DNA of 64,000 bases from Eledone cirrhosa (Eukaryota), in assembly GCA_964016885.1 (NCBI GenBank), contig OZ024750.1, positions 26,598,001 through 26,662,000 on the forward strand, read 5' to 3'. The notes under the pieces were generated by a model that ran no database searches, was not told where the DNA came from, and saw only the letters and a list, made by a program, of their open reading frames with translations. This document shows, one piece after another, positions 12,741-26,600 of the stretch; position 1 is the stretch's first letter, and every line of letters starts with the position of its first letter. A program made the position numbers and the translations under genes.

Positions 12741-12828
12741 CCTCGACTACGTAGTTTCGTGGCATAAACAAAAACAATACATCATAAAGATATAGAGTCC
12801 TTGCAAGGTCTGCCGACTTATCAAGAGG
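12741..12828 (-). ncRNA. Hammerhead ribozyme with U3:A8 core variant and enlarged stem II
   Basis: CCUC-UUGAUAA-GUcGGCA...UGCCAC-GAAAC UACGUA GUC^GAGG; perfect stem I, palindromic stem III ACUACGUAGU, GUC triplet. Confidence 0.8.
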
Positions 12829-12984
12829 ATACCTCATTTTACTAGCCTCAAGAACGCGTCTACACGACGTGAGAAAGAATCCCAAAAGGCGGAGGGGGAG
12901 ATAGTCACGCGATATAACGGTCGAGAAACAGAGCTAAGCCTCTTATAACCCCGAAGAAAATACCACGGAGGCGGTATATATATA

Positions 12985-13180
12985 TAACGTAGGTGGTGTG
13001 GTACGGATCCAGAAGGACCATAATGCACCAGAGTACTCAATACTTAGGGTAGTAGAGTGGGTAATAGGAAATTGTTTAACCCCGGTGGCAGAGCTCAAGC
13101 CGTTTCGACGACTATTTCTGGACTCCAGAAATAGCCGTCGAAACGGCTTAAGCTCTGCCGTCGGGTTTAAACATTTTCCG
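12985..13180. mobile_element. ~195 bp fold-back repeat family P, copy 1
   Basis: Palindrome 13067-13179 (…GAGCTCAAGCCGTTTCGAC…GTCGAAACGGCTTAAGCTC…) plus an ~80 bp one-sided tail; TA-flanked; other copies at 16.7, 20.7 and 60.5 kb. Confidence 0.8.
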
Positions 13181-13391
13181 ATATATATAATTTTATATAT
13201 ATATATATAAATGTAGAGAGAAAGTGGGTAGGACAGAGAGAGTAAGAAATGTGAGTGTGTGTTTGGTACACGTCTATCTATCTATCTATCTATCTCTCCA
13301 ACGGGGCGCTGAAACATACGGCCCTACAAACTATTTTCTATGGCCCGTGGTAGAACTAATATTTCAGATTCCATTATAACTGTTGAAAATC

Positions 13392-13535
13392 AGGCGGTGA
13401 GCTGGTGGAATCGTTAGCACAACTGGCGAAATACTTAGCGGTTCTTCTTCCGTGTTTACGTTGCTAGTTCAAATTCCGCCGATCTTATCTTTGCCTTTCA
13501 TCCTTTTGGGGTCGATAATCTAAGTACCAGTTGTG
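13392..13535 (+). mobile_element. tRNA-derived SINE, family A
   Basis: GGCGGTGAGCTGGTGGAATCGTTAGC…AGTTCAAATTCCGCCGA…TTTGCCTTTCATCCTTTTGGGGTCGATAA. Confidence 0.8.
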
Positions 13536-13582
<47 letters not shown>

Positions 13583-13585
<3 letters not shown>

Positions 13586-13990
13586 TTATACTTTGGGAGG
13601 GTCATGTTGCCAATAAGAAACACACGCACCAGTTGCTTTCACTTCAATTTATTATAAATTAAATTTATAAATTTCCGGTTGGTTGGTTGGTTCCACAACC
13701 AGACGATTGTTCATATATTGTCAAAGTTTTTTCGTCACACATTCTGTGACTTCTTCAGTGACTAGGGATTCTTTTCTTTGTTTTTGTGCCTCTCCTTTGT
13801 TCTGTCCTACGCCATCTTGTGTTTGTGTGTGTTGTGTGCTTAGTTTGCGCATGTGTTAACTCCGGGTGTCTGTGTGTGTTTAAATTTGTTTATTTATTTG
13901 TTTATTTACATGTTACTGGTTGGTTGTTTGTTCTATGTGTGTGTGTGTTTTTATTTTGTCCTTAATTGTAAGTAAAAATTAAATAGAAAA
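13583..13990 (-). mobile_element. Solo PLE pLTR with HHR-like motif at 13720-13762
   Basis: Homologous to 58205-58432 and 60963-61070. Minus strand GUCA-CUGAAGA-aGUCAC AGAAUGU GUGAC-GAAA AAAC UU^UGAC; starts at (TA)n. Confidence 0.7.
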
Positions 13991-14295
13991 CATGAATGGA
14001 ACAGCAACATCACAACTTATAATGTGGTATAAATATGACTGAATATGAGATTGTAATCAAGTCGTCATTCCCTCGTCAATTATTTTTATTCTGTTGAGTA
14101 CAATGTTATTTAATAATTTTTAAATTTCCTTTTGCTGTAATAAAATTAATAATTAATTAGTAATTTAACTGTAACATGTTTTTTTTTTTGTCTGAACCTG
14201 AAAAACATAGTTGTCAACACTATACTCTAGTTCTCATATTACCACTCACTTGTTCAAAATATAGCTACATTCGCAATGTAAATAGAATCGAAAGA

Positions 14296-14500
14296 GACAG
14301 TGTTAAAGACAGTGGAAAATACAATGGAAAAGACAGCGGAAATGGCAGTGGAAAAGGCAACGGAAAAGACAAAGGAAAAGACAACGGAAAAGACAGTGGA
14401 AAAGACAAAGGAAAAGACAAAGGAAAAGACAAAGGAAAAGACAAAGGAAAAGACAAAGGAAAAGACAAAGGAAAAGACAAAGGAAAAGACAAAGGAAAAG
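14296..14500 (+). repeat. 12-bp minisatellite (GGAAAAGACAAA)n, potentially coding GKDK repeats
   Basis: About 17 units, degenerate at the 5' end and homogeneous at the 3' end; open as (GKDK)n in ORF 14176-14547. Confidence 0.85.
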
Positions 14501-15088
14501 CGAGCGGATATGACACAGGAGATAAATCTGGAAAGAAGGGAAATTAGACCACCTAAAAGATATTTCTAAAGATACAGGTGATTTGATTGTTCTATTGACT
14601 GTTGAATGCCTATACTTAGTTTAATAAAACTGTAATATTCTCGAAAACCAAAGAAATTATTTTATTACATTCTCTGTTATGTGACTTTTACTCATATATT
14701 TTTCCCTAAATGTCATGAATTTACGTAGATAAGACCTGTAGATGATAAGGATATCCACCGAGCGAATTCTAGAGGAATCTATATACTGGAGGAAACCGAC
14801 TGTATGTTGTGATTTATGCGTACACTAAGGTGGAGGATAACACGCATGTTCTTTTAAAAATCCTCTAAATTTCTATTCTGTTGCGTGTTATTACTAGACT
14901 TAAATCAAATCATCAATACACGCAATATGTAAGATCAGCAAGGAACGGAAATTTTAACTTACATGAGGAAACCGGAATTTCGTAGTGAACTGCCGGATGT
15001 ATAAATTTAAATAAATACACACACACACACCCACACTCACACACTCACGCACACATACACACATACTGACTCTCACGCACACGCACAT

Positions 15089-15150
<62 letters not shown>

Positions 15151-15214
15151 CATCTTGATCACCTTGACCGACCAGTCTGTCGAGCGCCGCTGGTCATAGC
15201 ACGTGCTGTTTTAG

Positions 15215-15485
15215 CCATATGGTGACGCCATCTAGGCGGGCAGGCCGTAAGTCTAAAGTCTGTCTTAACCCAGAAGGGTCATTTGGCCGGTGCTTATCCC
15301 GGCTTCATGGCGTGAAGCGACAGAGCATAAGACTCCCCCTGGACAGGACGCCACTCCATCGCAGGGTTAAAGCTCCAGCTATTGCTGGTACTCATTTTCA
15401 GCTGAGTAAACTGGAGCAACGTGAAATAAAGTGTCTTGCTCAAGGAAACAACACTTCAGCCGGTCCGAGAATTGAACTCACAACC
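15215..15485 (-). mobile_element. tRNA-derived SINE, family B
   Basis: Reverse complement of GTTGTGAGTTCAATTCTCGGACCGG…CCTTGAGCAAGACACTTTATTTCACGTTGCTCC; same family as 18157-18270. Confidence 0.75.
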
Positions 15486-15499
15486 CACACGCACACACC

Positions 15500-16034
<535 letters not shown>

Positions 16035-16436
16035 GTGGTTGCCAACTCGTTTTCGAGTACGGCCACTACTTTATATCCATGTAGGAGAACCCTTACTGTT
16101 GCGCTGAACGAGTGTAACTTTTTAGTCCAGCCAACGACTTGAAAACTCCGGTACAAACACTACACTTGTGACAATTATTGACACATAGTGCTGGGCCCAT
16201 GGTACCATGTGACGACAAGTGCAGAGCGATCTCCAGATATAAAGCAATGCCTGTGCCGTGAAGCTTTTATAGTGAGCAAAGGCACTGCACAAAGCCAGTC
16301 CCACTCTCTTAACCAAGATGATATTTACCAAAAAGAAGAACAAGTCAACATCATTGGATACCATCAGGGTTGCAGGTGTTATATCAGAGTTTTCCTTCAC
16401 CTAGAATTCTGCCTTGACAAAGGCTAAGGGGTCATT

Positions 16437-16665
16437 TGCTCTAATCTGAGCAAACATCACGGGCGCTCAACTCAAAATTATTTTTGAAAAGCATTAGAAA
16501 TGCGCAACCGGTAAAAACTTAAAACTAAAACTGAATACTAACCAATACTTATTACTAATTTATACTTATTCGTAATTAAACTATTTTTCACTGGGAAAGA
16601 TTTGTCACCATTTTCTTTTCCTTTTACTAATATATCACAACTCGTGTGTTACACCTCTATTCTTT
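16437..16665. mobile_element. Diverged solo pLTR of the 40.2-44.8 kb PLE family
   Basis: CTCAAAATTATTTTTGAAAAGCATT-AGAAATGCGCAACCGGTAAAAACTT…GTGTGTTACACCTCTATTCTTTTAA matches the reverse complement of 40242-40480. Confidence 0.8.
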
Positions 16666-16701
16666 TAAATATACACATATATATATATATATATATATAT
16701 A

Positions 16702-16893
16702 GCAACAAGTAAGACCCCGACGGCTGAGCTCAAGCCGTTTCGACGGCTAATCCTGTACAGAATTAGCCGTCGAAACGGCCCGAGCTCAGCCGTCGGGGTC
16801 TTACTTGTTCCTATTACCCACTCTACTACCCTAAGTATTGAGTACTTTGGTGCGTTATGGTCCACCTGGTTCCTTACCACATTTCCTTCGTTA
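16702..16893. mobile_element. Fold-back repeat family P, copy 2 (opposite orientation)
   Basis: Palindrome 16704-16809 plus tail to ~16893; (TA)n on both sides. Confidence 0.8.
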
Positions 16894-16901
16894 TATATAT
16901 A

Positions 16902-16945
<44 letters not shown>

Positions 16946-17058
16946 GGAGGTGAGTTTTATTGTAGCACAATAAAGCAATGCAGATATCGGATAAGAAGCA
17001 CTCTACAGTTTGTAGGACTGGAGTATACATAATATAATATAATATATATATATTATAT

Positions 17059-17156
<98 letters not shown>

Positions 17157-17256
17157 AGGAACCAGTAAGACCCCGACAGTATATGTATTCAAGTTGATGA
17201 GAACCTCTACATGCTCACTCAATTTGAACACAATACATATCTAATACTTATATATA

Positions 17257-17343
<87 letters not shown>

Positions 17344-17551
17344 CACCCTAACGTTCTCTTTATTTACGTGTCCCAACGACTTTTTTTAGCCGTTGTTCGC
17401 ACCAACCTGAGGTATATGGCCCTTAAAGCGATGAAATGTCTGGGACGGTTGGAGGGTTAGTGATGAAGGACTCACTTTTTCATATGTATCCCATTTGCAA
17501 CGCCGCAGCTCCATTATTATCATATTTACATATATATATATATATATATAT

Positions 17552-18104
<553 letters not shown>

Positions 18105-18114
18105 GTCTATTATC

Positions 18115-18156
<42 letters not shown>

Positions 18157-18159
<3 letters not shown>

Positions 18160-18270
18160 TTGAGTGGTTAGAGAATTGGATTCACAATCTTGAGGTTGTG
18201 AGTTCGAGTCCTGGACCGGGCGATGCGTTATGTCCTTGAGCAAGACATTTTATTTCACGTTGCTCCTTCT
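18157..18270 (+). mobile_element. tRNA-derived SINE, family B (head)
   Basis: A box TGGTTGAGTGG, B box GAGTTCGAGTCC, then GTCCTTGAGCAAGACA. Confidence 0.75.
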
Positions 18271-18366
18271 ACCTGGAGTTGCGACCGATAGATAGTACTA
18301 GCAACTGGAAAGACTGATGGAAACATTGTTTCCTCGGTCCGATTTGACGAAAGTCGATCGATCCTT

Positions 18367-18489
<123 letters not shown>

Positions 18490-18524
18490 TACATATATAT
18501 AAATATATATATATATATATAATT

Positions 18525-20170
18525 GTCCTGGGTATGACATTAAACTACATCGAGTCGGTCCGGTGTCATTAATGCTAGTTGTGTTGTTATTTGTGTTCCT
18601 GGATACTGCTACCGGGTCAATTCTTCTACCTAAGGAGGCGCCCTCGCTATTGGCCTTTCTCCACGCCTTATCACTCGGCTCTACTCTGTCCGGGGTATAT
18701 ATTATAGTATCTTTGTAACCGGCCCTGCGCAGTGCCTCATTATAATATTTGGCGTGCTGTTTAAACACTTCTGCCTTCGACGACAGGGTGGATACGCGTT
18801 TGGATACCCCTTTAACTATGGCTTCTATGACTGACTTAGGGTGATTCGATTGCCTGTTCACATATTGTATGTTTTCGTTGGGCTTATGGTACGGTCTGTG
18901 GATGCCCGTATTCATTTCCAAGTTAACGTCCAGGAAATTGACCGTCTTAGTGCTAGTGTCTATTGTCACGGATAAGCCGTGTTGTTTAAAAACATGCGAT
19001 ATGTGCTTCCTCATACGCTCCATCTGACTAGGGTTAAGGGAACGGAAGGTGAAATGTGCGTCGTCTCTGTATATTCCACCTGCGATCCCCGGGATCTCCT
19101 CCGTCAGCCTATGGATGAGATATATCCTCACACGGTCGGTCACCTGCGCCGAGTCACTTGACCCCATGGTGATATTGAAACAGTCGGGTCTGCCGCCCCT
19201 CTCCCATAACTTGTCTTCGAAACTAATTAGCGTCTTTCTGGCTGCTACTATGAGGTTGGTCTCGTCCCTAGTGAGGCTGGATCTGGCCATGGCGCTTATG
19301 AGGGCCTTATTGACTAGTATCGGAGATACTGACGCGTAATAGCTATCTATGTCTAACTGAATAAAATTTACTTGGTGTTTGTCAGTTATTAAGGAGAACC
19401 AGTCAATTACTTCCTGAGTGGAGGTCCATAGGCTAAGTTTAGTTTTATTTCTAAGTACCGGTATTATCCTATCTATAATATTCTTGCTGGTCTTGCCTAG
19501 GTCGGATTTGGAAGGTGCTATTAACCTAACCGGTAGTTTAGTTTTAAAGTCTAATTTATGGTCCTTAATAGATATCCGTAGTTTTCTAGGTACATATACC
19601 TCGGTCCTATCCTCTAGTCCTAGCCCTATCAGTATAATTTTGTCGTGGTGTTAATACTATCTAAATTTGTCTGTGCTGTGGTCTTATAGTTTTTCCTAAT
19701 CTCTTTCCCAAGGCAGTCATTGAATGTAAAACGGTCAAGCATGTATACATTACCAGTTTTGTCCGAGGGCACGAGTAAATCCTTGCATTTTTCCATGCTT
19801 TTGATGATGGATCCGAGACTTTTGTGATATTTTGTCCGTCGTGCACTATTCCTATGGAACTTGATGTTACGAACTATGTTGACTATACGGTTTTCAACTT
19901 CCTCCAGTTGTGCATTATGTGGTGGGTCACTTCTCGATCTAAATATCCGCTTTAGGCGTTCCTGAGGGACGTCTGGCGCGTGTTTTTGTGTCCGCCTGTC
20001 GTGTTGAAATGCGCGCTACCTCATGCGTCTGATGAACGAGTTGGTGTGGTATATCAGCAGGCCCATATACGTGTTATCAGGCGGGATCGGTATGTCTTTC
20101 ATGGAAGAAGAGTAGTGGAAATGTTCCAAGGCGAATCGCTGTAAGCGGGCTACTTGTGGAGGAGCGTAGT
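18525..20170 (-). mobile_element. Penelope-like element, N-terminus + RT, 3' (endonuclease) end missing
   Basis: SMKDIPIPP…[62 protein letters not shown]; ends in (TA)n at ~18520. Confidence 0.88.
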
Positions 20171-20257
20171 ATATAGTTGTGTATAATGGTAGTAATGGTT
20201 TTTTATATATATGTTTGTATGTGTGTGTCCGTGTGCGTGTGTTTATATATATATATA

Positions 20258-20635
20258 TAGATATATTTCTTTATTAGCCACAGGGGCACAAAAGAAGGGG
20301 ACAAATACAAAGGGGGAAGTTTACATACAATAAAAACGTGTAAAATGTTATCACAGATGGAATTTAAAAGTTAGTCGATTTTCCCCAATAGAGGGAGACA
20401 GTTTATATGGGTAACACATACCCCCGAAAAAAAATGTGCAACCCTCATCTCCAGGAGTACGAAGAGCTTGTACTCCTTTCCTCTCCTCCTCCTTTTCCTC
20501 AACCTATAGGCTGATATAGAGAGAAGGCCCATTCACTCGGGCCATTCTCGCCACTTTCACCCACCTTTCATAAAACTTGCTGGGGTACAGCACCTCTCTC
20601 TCCATCCTGATTCTTCTTCCAAAGTGGTATTTGAA
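20258..20635 (-). mobile_element. 3'-terminal Tx1 fragment, near-identical to 31694-32071
   Basis: FKYHFGRRIRMEREVLYPSKFYERWVKVARMARVNGPSLYISL and 3' UTR ending AATAAAGAAATATATCTA on the minus strand. Confidence 0.9.
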
Positions 20636-20771
20636 TATATAGATAAACACACGCACACGGACACACACACATATATATACATACATATATATAAAAAAAA
20701 GTCAGGACCCCGACGGCTGAGCTCCGGACGTTTCGACAGCTAAATCTGAACTAAGCCACCAGTAATAGAAC

Positions 20772-20950
<179 letters not shown>

Positions 20951-21257
20951 TATGTTTATTTATACATTTATACAAACTAACACACTTTCAAATATTAATA
21001 AGAAAATATATGATCACGTGACAACCTGGTTGAGCTTGTTTTATTTGGGAAGTCTGAATTTCATGATGGGTGCATTTCGATATATTGGGTCCTACATCTC
21101 CCACACACTGTTGATATGAAATATCCATCTGCACAGTGTTATAGCACAGCTATATTTATATGTATCTATATCTCTTCAAATAATAAACGCAACATATATA
21201 TCTCGGTTTATCTATTTAGCTGCAGTTCATCTATCCATTTTCCAACCATCTATCTTT

Positions 21258-21782
21258 CCTTGAAAGGTCGACCGGAGGTGGCGAACACTTACATAGCGAA
21301 TTTCTGTTTTCCTCTGTATAGTGGCTATGGTAAAAGAGGTTATATGGTGGACAAGATGGAGAGGGCTGAGGACAGATGTCTTTCACTCCGGACAACTCAT
21401 TCCCTTCTTTAGGTACCACTTTAGAAGGAAAATCAGAGTAGAGAGAGAGGCACTGCACCCCAGTAAAATTACTGGATGTGGGTGAATGAAGCAAAAGTGG
21501 CCCGAGAGATTGGGCCTTCTCTGTATATAAACCTGTAGGTTGAAGAAGAGAGCAAAATAAAGAATGGAGCACTTGCACAACACGCTCCTGGAGTTGAGGG
21601 TTGTTCAATCTACGGGGTATAAAACAAACCATTTGTAACGCCTCTCCCCTGTTGGGGAATTTAATTGTTGAATTTGTGAATTTGGTAAATTTTTTTTACA
21701 CTTTTGTATGTAAAATCCCCGGCATATGTCCTTGTTTTGTCCCCTTTTCTTGTGCGCTCTTGTGGTAAATAAAGAAATCTAT
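21258..21782 (+). mobile_element. Old, internally deleted Tx1 3' fragment
   Basis: SLKGRPEVANTYIA joined to MVKEVIWWTRWRGL; ends GGTAAATAAAGAAATCT then (TCTA)n. Confidence 0.75.
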
Positions 21783-22009
21783 CTTTCTATCTATCTATCT
21801 ATCTATCTTGATAGAGTGAGACACGCTTCACATCGGCTCCGCTATTCTATCGGAATTTACCCTTACTATAGTAAGTACCAGTGAATTTTTTCAGTGCAAC
21901 ACATTTGGAACACTTACCCCTGTTATTTAGGGAAACATGTTTACATTTACCCCCTTTTTAGGGGGTAAAATAAATAACTATTTTTCTGTAAAACTTCTTT
22001 CTTGGCAGC

Positions 22010-23681
22010 ATGGCGGAAAAGATGGCAGACATGTCTGCCATTAGCTCTGCCACGTCCCCCAAGTCTGAAGAACAAAAAATGGATACAACAAAACTAGACA
22101 ACGAAACAAACAAGGAAAATGAAAAAACAAATGTTACGGAAAATGAGCAAACGGAAAACAAACAAACAGAAAATAAGAATACAAATAACAACAAGGCAAC
22201 TTTCGCCCAGAAAACAAAAAAATCCATAATATATACACCTATAGACTTAACTGCCGCCAGAGAAAAACTGGCAGAAGCAAAAAAACACATAGTCTTGGGG
22301 GAGAACGGAATGTTTTCCATTAATCCCCCTCCCCCCAGAATTCAAGAAAGCGAGAATAGAAAGCACTGTTCTCTTCAGAACAATCCTAAACCAAACGAGA
22401 AAGCCAGCACAGCCCAGCCAAATGGAGATAGAGTTGGTCCTAAAAGACTATATGAAGAATATTCTCTTCATACGAAAGGACCGACTCTATGGCAGCATTT
22501 CGGTCTTAACAAAAGACAGGGAAACAGCGCAGAGGCTTTCCCTAAGCCCACTCTCATCAACAACATACAGCTTCTATCCCTCCTACATGGGTAGAAGAAC
22601 ACAGAGAGTCAAAATACAAACAATGCTGCCCACAATGGACTTCTGGTGGGCTATTGCTGGCTTGGGCTGACATGGGCGAGGACACAGTGCTGTCAATGGG
22701 GAAGGCATCTGGAGATGCGTTCCTGGGAATGGACCTCGACCTACTAGTCCAAATGAGGCCCGAAAGAATAGCGCAAATCCCGGATCGCATCTGGCTGGAT
22801 GACCTCACCCCAATATATATAATTGTAGAGGGGAGAAGCATAACACAAACATCACCACCACCAGCACCAAACACAAGCACGACACAAAAATTACCACCAC
22901 CATCACCAACCACAACACAAACATCACCACCACCATCACCAACCACAAGCACGACACAAACATCACCACCACCACCACAAAACGCATTCCAAACAAATAA
23001 TAAAAAAAACAGCAACAAATCTACCCCTCCCGCAAAAAAAAACAACCAGACACCACGTCCCTCCCACCTAGCGCTGAAGAGTTTCCCCCAACTTCTGAAG
23101 AAGAAGAAGGAGGAGAAGCCTTCAGACAAGTTACAAGAAAAAAACGAAAGCACACACCTAGCACACCACAAATTACCCACACACAAGCACCAACTCCAAT
23201 CAAAAACACCCCACCCTCGACAAACAAAAATAAATCTGCGCCTCCCTTCTTCGAAACATTGACAGCATCACAAAAAAAGACTTTGCAATACACATATATA
23301 AATAAAGAAAACAAAAAACTGTTTAAATTAATAAACAATAGCCCTTTGGTGCAGACCGAAGGGCCAAACTTTATCTCAACAGAGAACTTCACCCATTTAA
23401 AAATGATAAAGGTCCCTCTGGACCTTTATCGTTCCTTAAAGGAACAATTTAAACAGGGCGTGAGCCCCCCCTGTTTAAAACCGTTAAATCGCGTCCTCTT
23501 GAAAGATTTCCCCATAACCTCCCCTCTCCCTGATACAACTCCAAATACCCCAACCCCACCACACTCGGATACCCCCACACCACCACAAAACATCCCTCCA
23601 CCCAACACACCCGACGCCATGGAAATTACACAACCCGGAGAGGTAGGTGCTTTTCTTTCTTCACTTTCAACACCAAAATAG
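22010..23681 (+). pseudogene. Tx1 ORF1 (frameshifted), with Pro/Thr-rich internal repeats
   Basis: Overlapping ORFs 22010-22594, 22422-22670, 22654-23262 and 23259-23681 directly upstream of the APE. The C-terminal LYRSLKE..CLKPLNRVLLK is shared with 28026-28427. Confidence 0.65.
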
Positions 23682-23686
23682 ATCAA

Positions 23687-26600
23687 TTGAGAGTTGGATG
23701 TTTGAATGCGCGTGGCCTGGGCTCAGCTTGGAAGGAAGCAAAGCTTCTAAGTGACCTCAGGTCACGAAGTATAGATGTGATGGTTGTTTGCGAGAGTCGG
23801 ATCAGCAGCGTGCGACAGCTGGCTCCAGCCATCGATGACTTTGAGATGCACGCATCTCTCTGTCAACCCGGAGGTGGGGGTGGGGTTGCCGTACTGCTGG
23901 ATAAACGTCTGGCTCTCGACGTACAGATTGTTCACTCGGACCCGGGGGGTCGATTACTGGTGCTGGACGTCGGAGGCGGTGAAGGCGGGGCTTTCAGACT
24001 AGTCGGTCTTTATGCCCCCTTCAGGGCTGAAAGAGCCTACTTCTTCCAGCGTCTGGAGACTTTTCTAGGAACGTCGCGTTCCCTGCTTTTAGTGGGGGAC
24101 TGGAATGGAATCCTAGATGCGCGTTGGGACTATGCAGGGGCATGTCCCGATAGAGGGGTGTGTAGCAGCCTCAAGGGGTTACTCGATCGATTCGACCTGG
24201 TCGATAGATTTCGACTATATTTTCCAACTGTGCCAACCTGGACCTGGGCAAACCGCAGTGGTCAATCTAGATCGTACCTAGATAGGTTTTTGGTTAGGAG
24301 TAAGGATAGGGACGTATTTAGTTGTCCAGAATTGCTCATGGTTGGCTATTCAGATCACAAATTAGTGACCTGCGTGGTCAACCTTGATAGAACGCATAGA
24401 CAGGGTCCCGGTTACTGGAAGATGAACTTGTCCTTGCCGGCAAAGTAAGCTTACAGGAACCGGATTAGTAGCTTAGTTAAGATGCGGTTGACGGGAGCGA
24501 TCGTCAACAGCAGGTGGTGGGTATCTCTAAAGAGAGAGATTAGAGTAAGTTCGATAGGTTACAGTAAGGAACTAGCGGCGAATAGAAATAGGAGAGAAAG
24601 GGAGTTAACAGATAAATTAGAAGAGGCGATTAGGAGCGGAGACGTGGCCAGAGTGATAGCGTCGAGAACGGCGTTGAGCCAGTTCTTTGACGCGAAGCAC
24701 GAAGGCTGCGTTATCCGAAGTAAAATACGTGCTTTAGGAAACGAGGGGACCAAAGCTGTTAGCTGGGCCCGCGAGACAGAAGCCAAGAGTGGGATTAAAT
24801 CCACCATTCGGTCTTTGCGAGACCAGGATGGACGGGTGATCCTTGAACCTGAGCGGATGTGCGAGGCCTTTCAAAGGCACTTTGCTCGACTGTTCGGAGG
24901 GGGCGGGGGGCCGGACGGGGATGTGGACTTCGGTCCATACCTCGACGGTCTACCGCGTCTTTCGAGCGGCGAAACGGAGTGCTGCGAAAGGCCAATCACA
25001 GCCACTGAAATCGGGGAAGCGCTCAGCCAATGCAGCAGACGCATATCTCCGGGTCTCGATGGTCTACCATACGAACTTTATTTAGCTATGCCGGTCTTGT
25101 TCTCCAAACTCCTCGAGGCTGTCTATTGCAACTGGCAACAGAACGGGAGAATTCCCTGTTCTGTGACCAAGGGCGTAGTCACGCTAGTGAGGAAGGACGA
25201 GAGCAAGGGGGACGACTTAAGTAACTTTAGGCCCATAACTCTGCTGAATGCAGAGTTACAGATTTTGGCCAAGGTGTTGGCGAAGAGGTTGGCGCTTGTG
25301 GTGGGTGGTTTGGTGGGAGACGCGCAGACATGCGCTATCCCGTCCAGGTCCATTCACGACAACCTCCACCTCATGCGATACATCGTAGAGAGGATTGGGA
25401 ACGAACCCGGCTTTGATGGGGCCCTGATCAACTTGGATCAATCTAAGGCGTTCGATAGGGTCGACCATGGTTACCTGGATGCGGTGCTAGCGGCGGCGGG
25501 CTTCGGACCCGTTTTCAGGGGCTGGATTTCTGCCATGCACAGTGGCAACGTCTACTCTAGGATTAAAGTAAACGGCTACCTCTCGGAGCCGTTTCAAATC
25601 GCCCGGTCCATCAGACAGGGGTGCCCCCTCTCCTCCCTTCTGTACGTATTGACTCTCGAGCCACTTCTGCGGAAGTTGGAGTTGCTACGGGGCATAACCC
25701 TGGAACCGGGATTGCACAAAGCGGTCTCGGCCTATGCCGACGACGTAACAGTAATGGTGGCGGACGCCTCGGAAATCGGGGCGATCGCCACCCTACTGGA
25801 GGAATACGAAAGGCTGACGGGGGCTAGGCTGAACAGGGACAAGTCAGTCGGTTTGCAACTCGGAACGTGGAGGGGCAAACCGATGCCGTTAGACGGTGTC
25901 GTCGGGCGGTGGACGGAGGGCCCGGTGAAGCTGCTCGGGGTCTGGTTCGGACCGGACCTCCAGGTGGAGAAGAATTGGGGCAAGGTGACAAGCAGGGTGT
26001 TTGTGCTGACCCAGAAGTGGGCCAAGTGCAAACTATCACTGAAAGGTCGGGCGGAGGTGACGAACGCTTACATAGCGTCCGTCATCTACTACCGCCTGAC
26101 CGTCGTGCCTTGCCCCAAGGAAACGCTCACCATCATGGAGCGCATGCTCTTCCAATTCCTCTGGAAGAAGCGGCCTCCCATGGTGAGGAGATCCATCTGC
26201 TGCCAGCACCCTTCGAAAGGAGGGCTGGGTATGCCGTGGCTGTTGATGCGTAGGCACGCATTGAGGCTACGGCATCTACAGGTATTCCTCAACGGTCAGC
26301 CGGTGTGGGCCCCGTTTGTGAGGCGAGCCTTCCCACAGCTCGTCTCGCTCACCGAGCTGCAATCCTGGGTGAAGCAAAGACCGAGAAAACTGGGTAACTG
26401 GCACACCGAGTGTGCCCAGGCGCTCACGGCTCTCTGGCAAGCGGACCCGACTATCAGTGGAGAATCCACCTCGACATTCTATAGCGGGCTGGTGGCTAGC
26501 AGGGGCGACGACACCCTTGGAGAGTCGCTAGGCATGGAGGAGGACGAACTGACCAGCCTGTTCGGTAGAACTTTCGGCCCGGGATCCATGGACAACTTCC

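Noticed and set aside
18157-18230. tRNA gene
   Set aside because: A/B boxes run into a SINE body shared with 15215-15485; no convincing acceptor stem.
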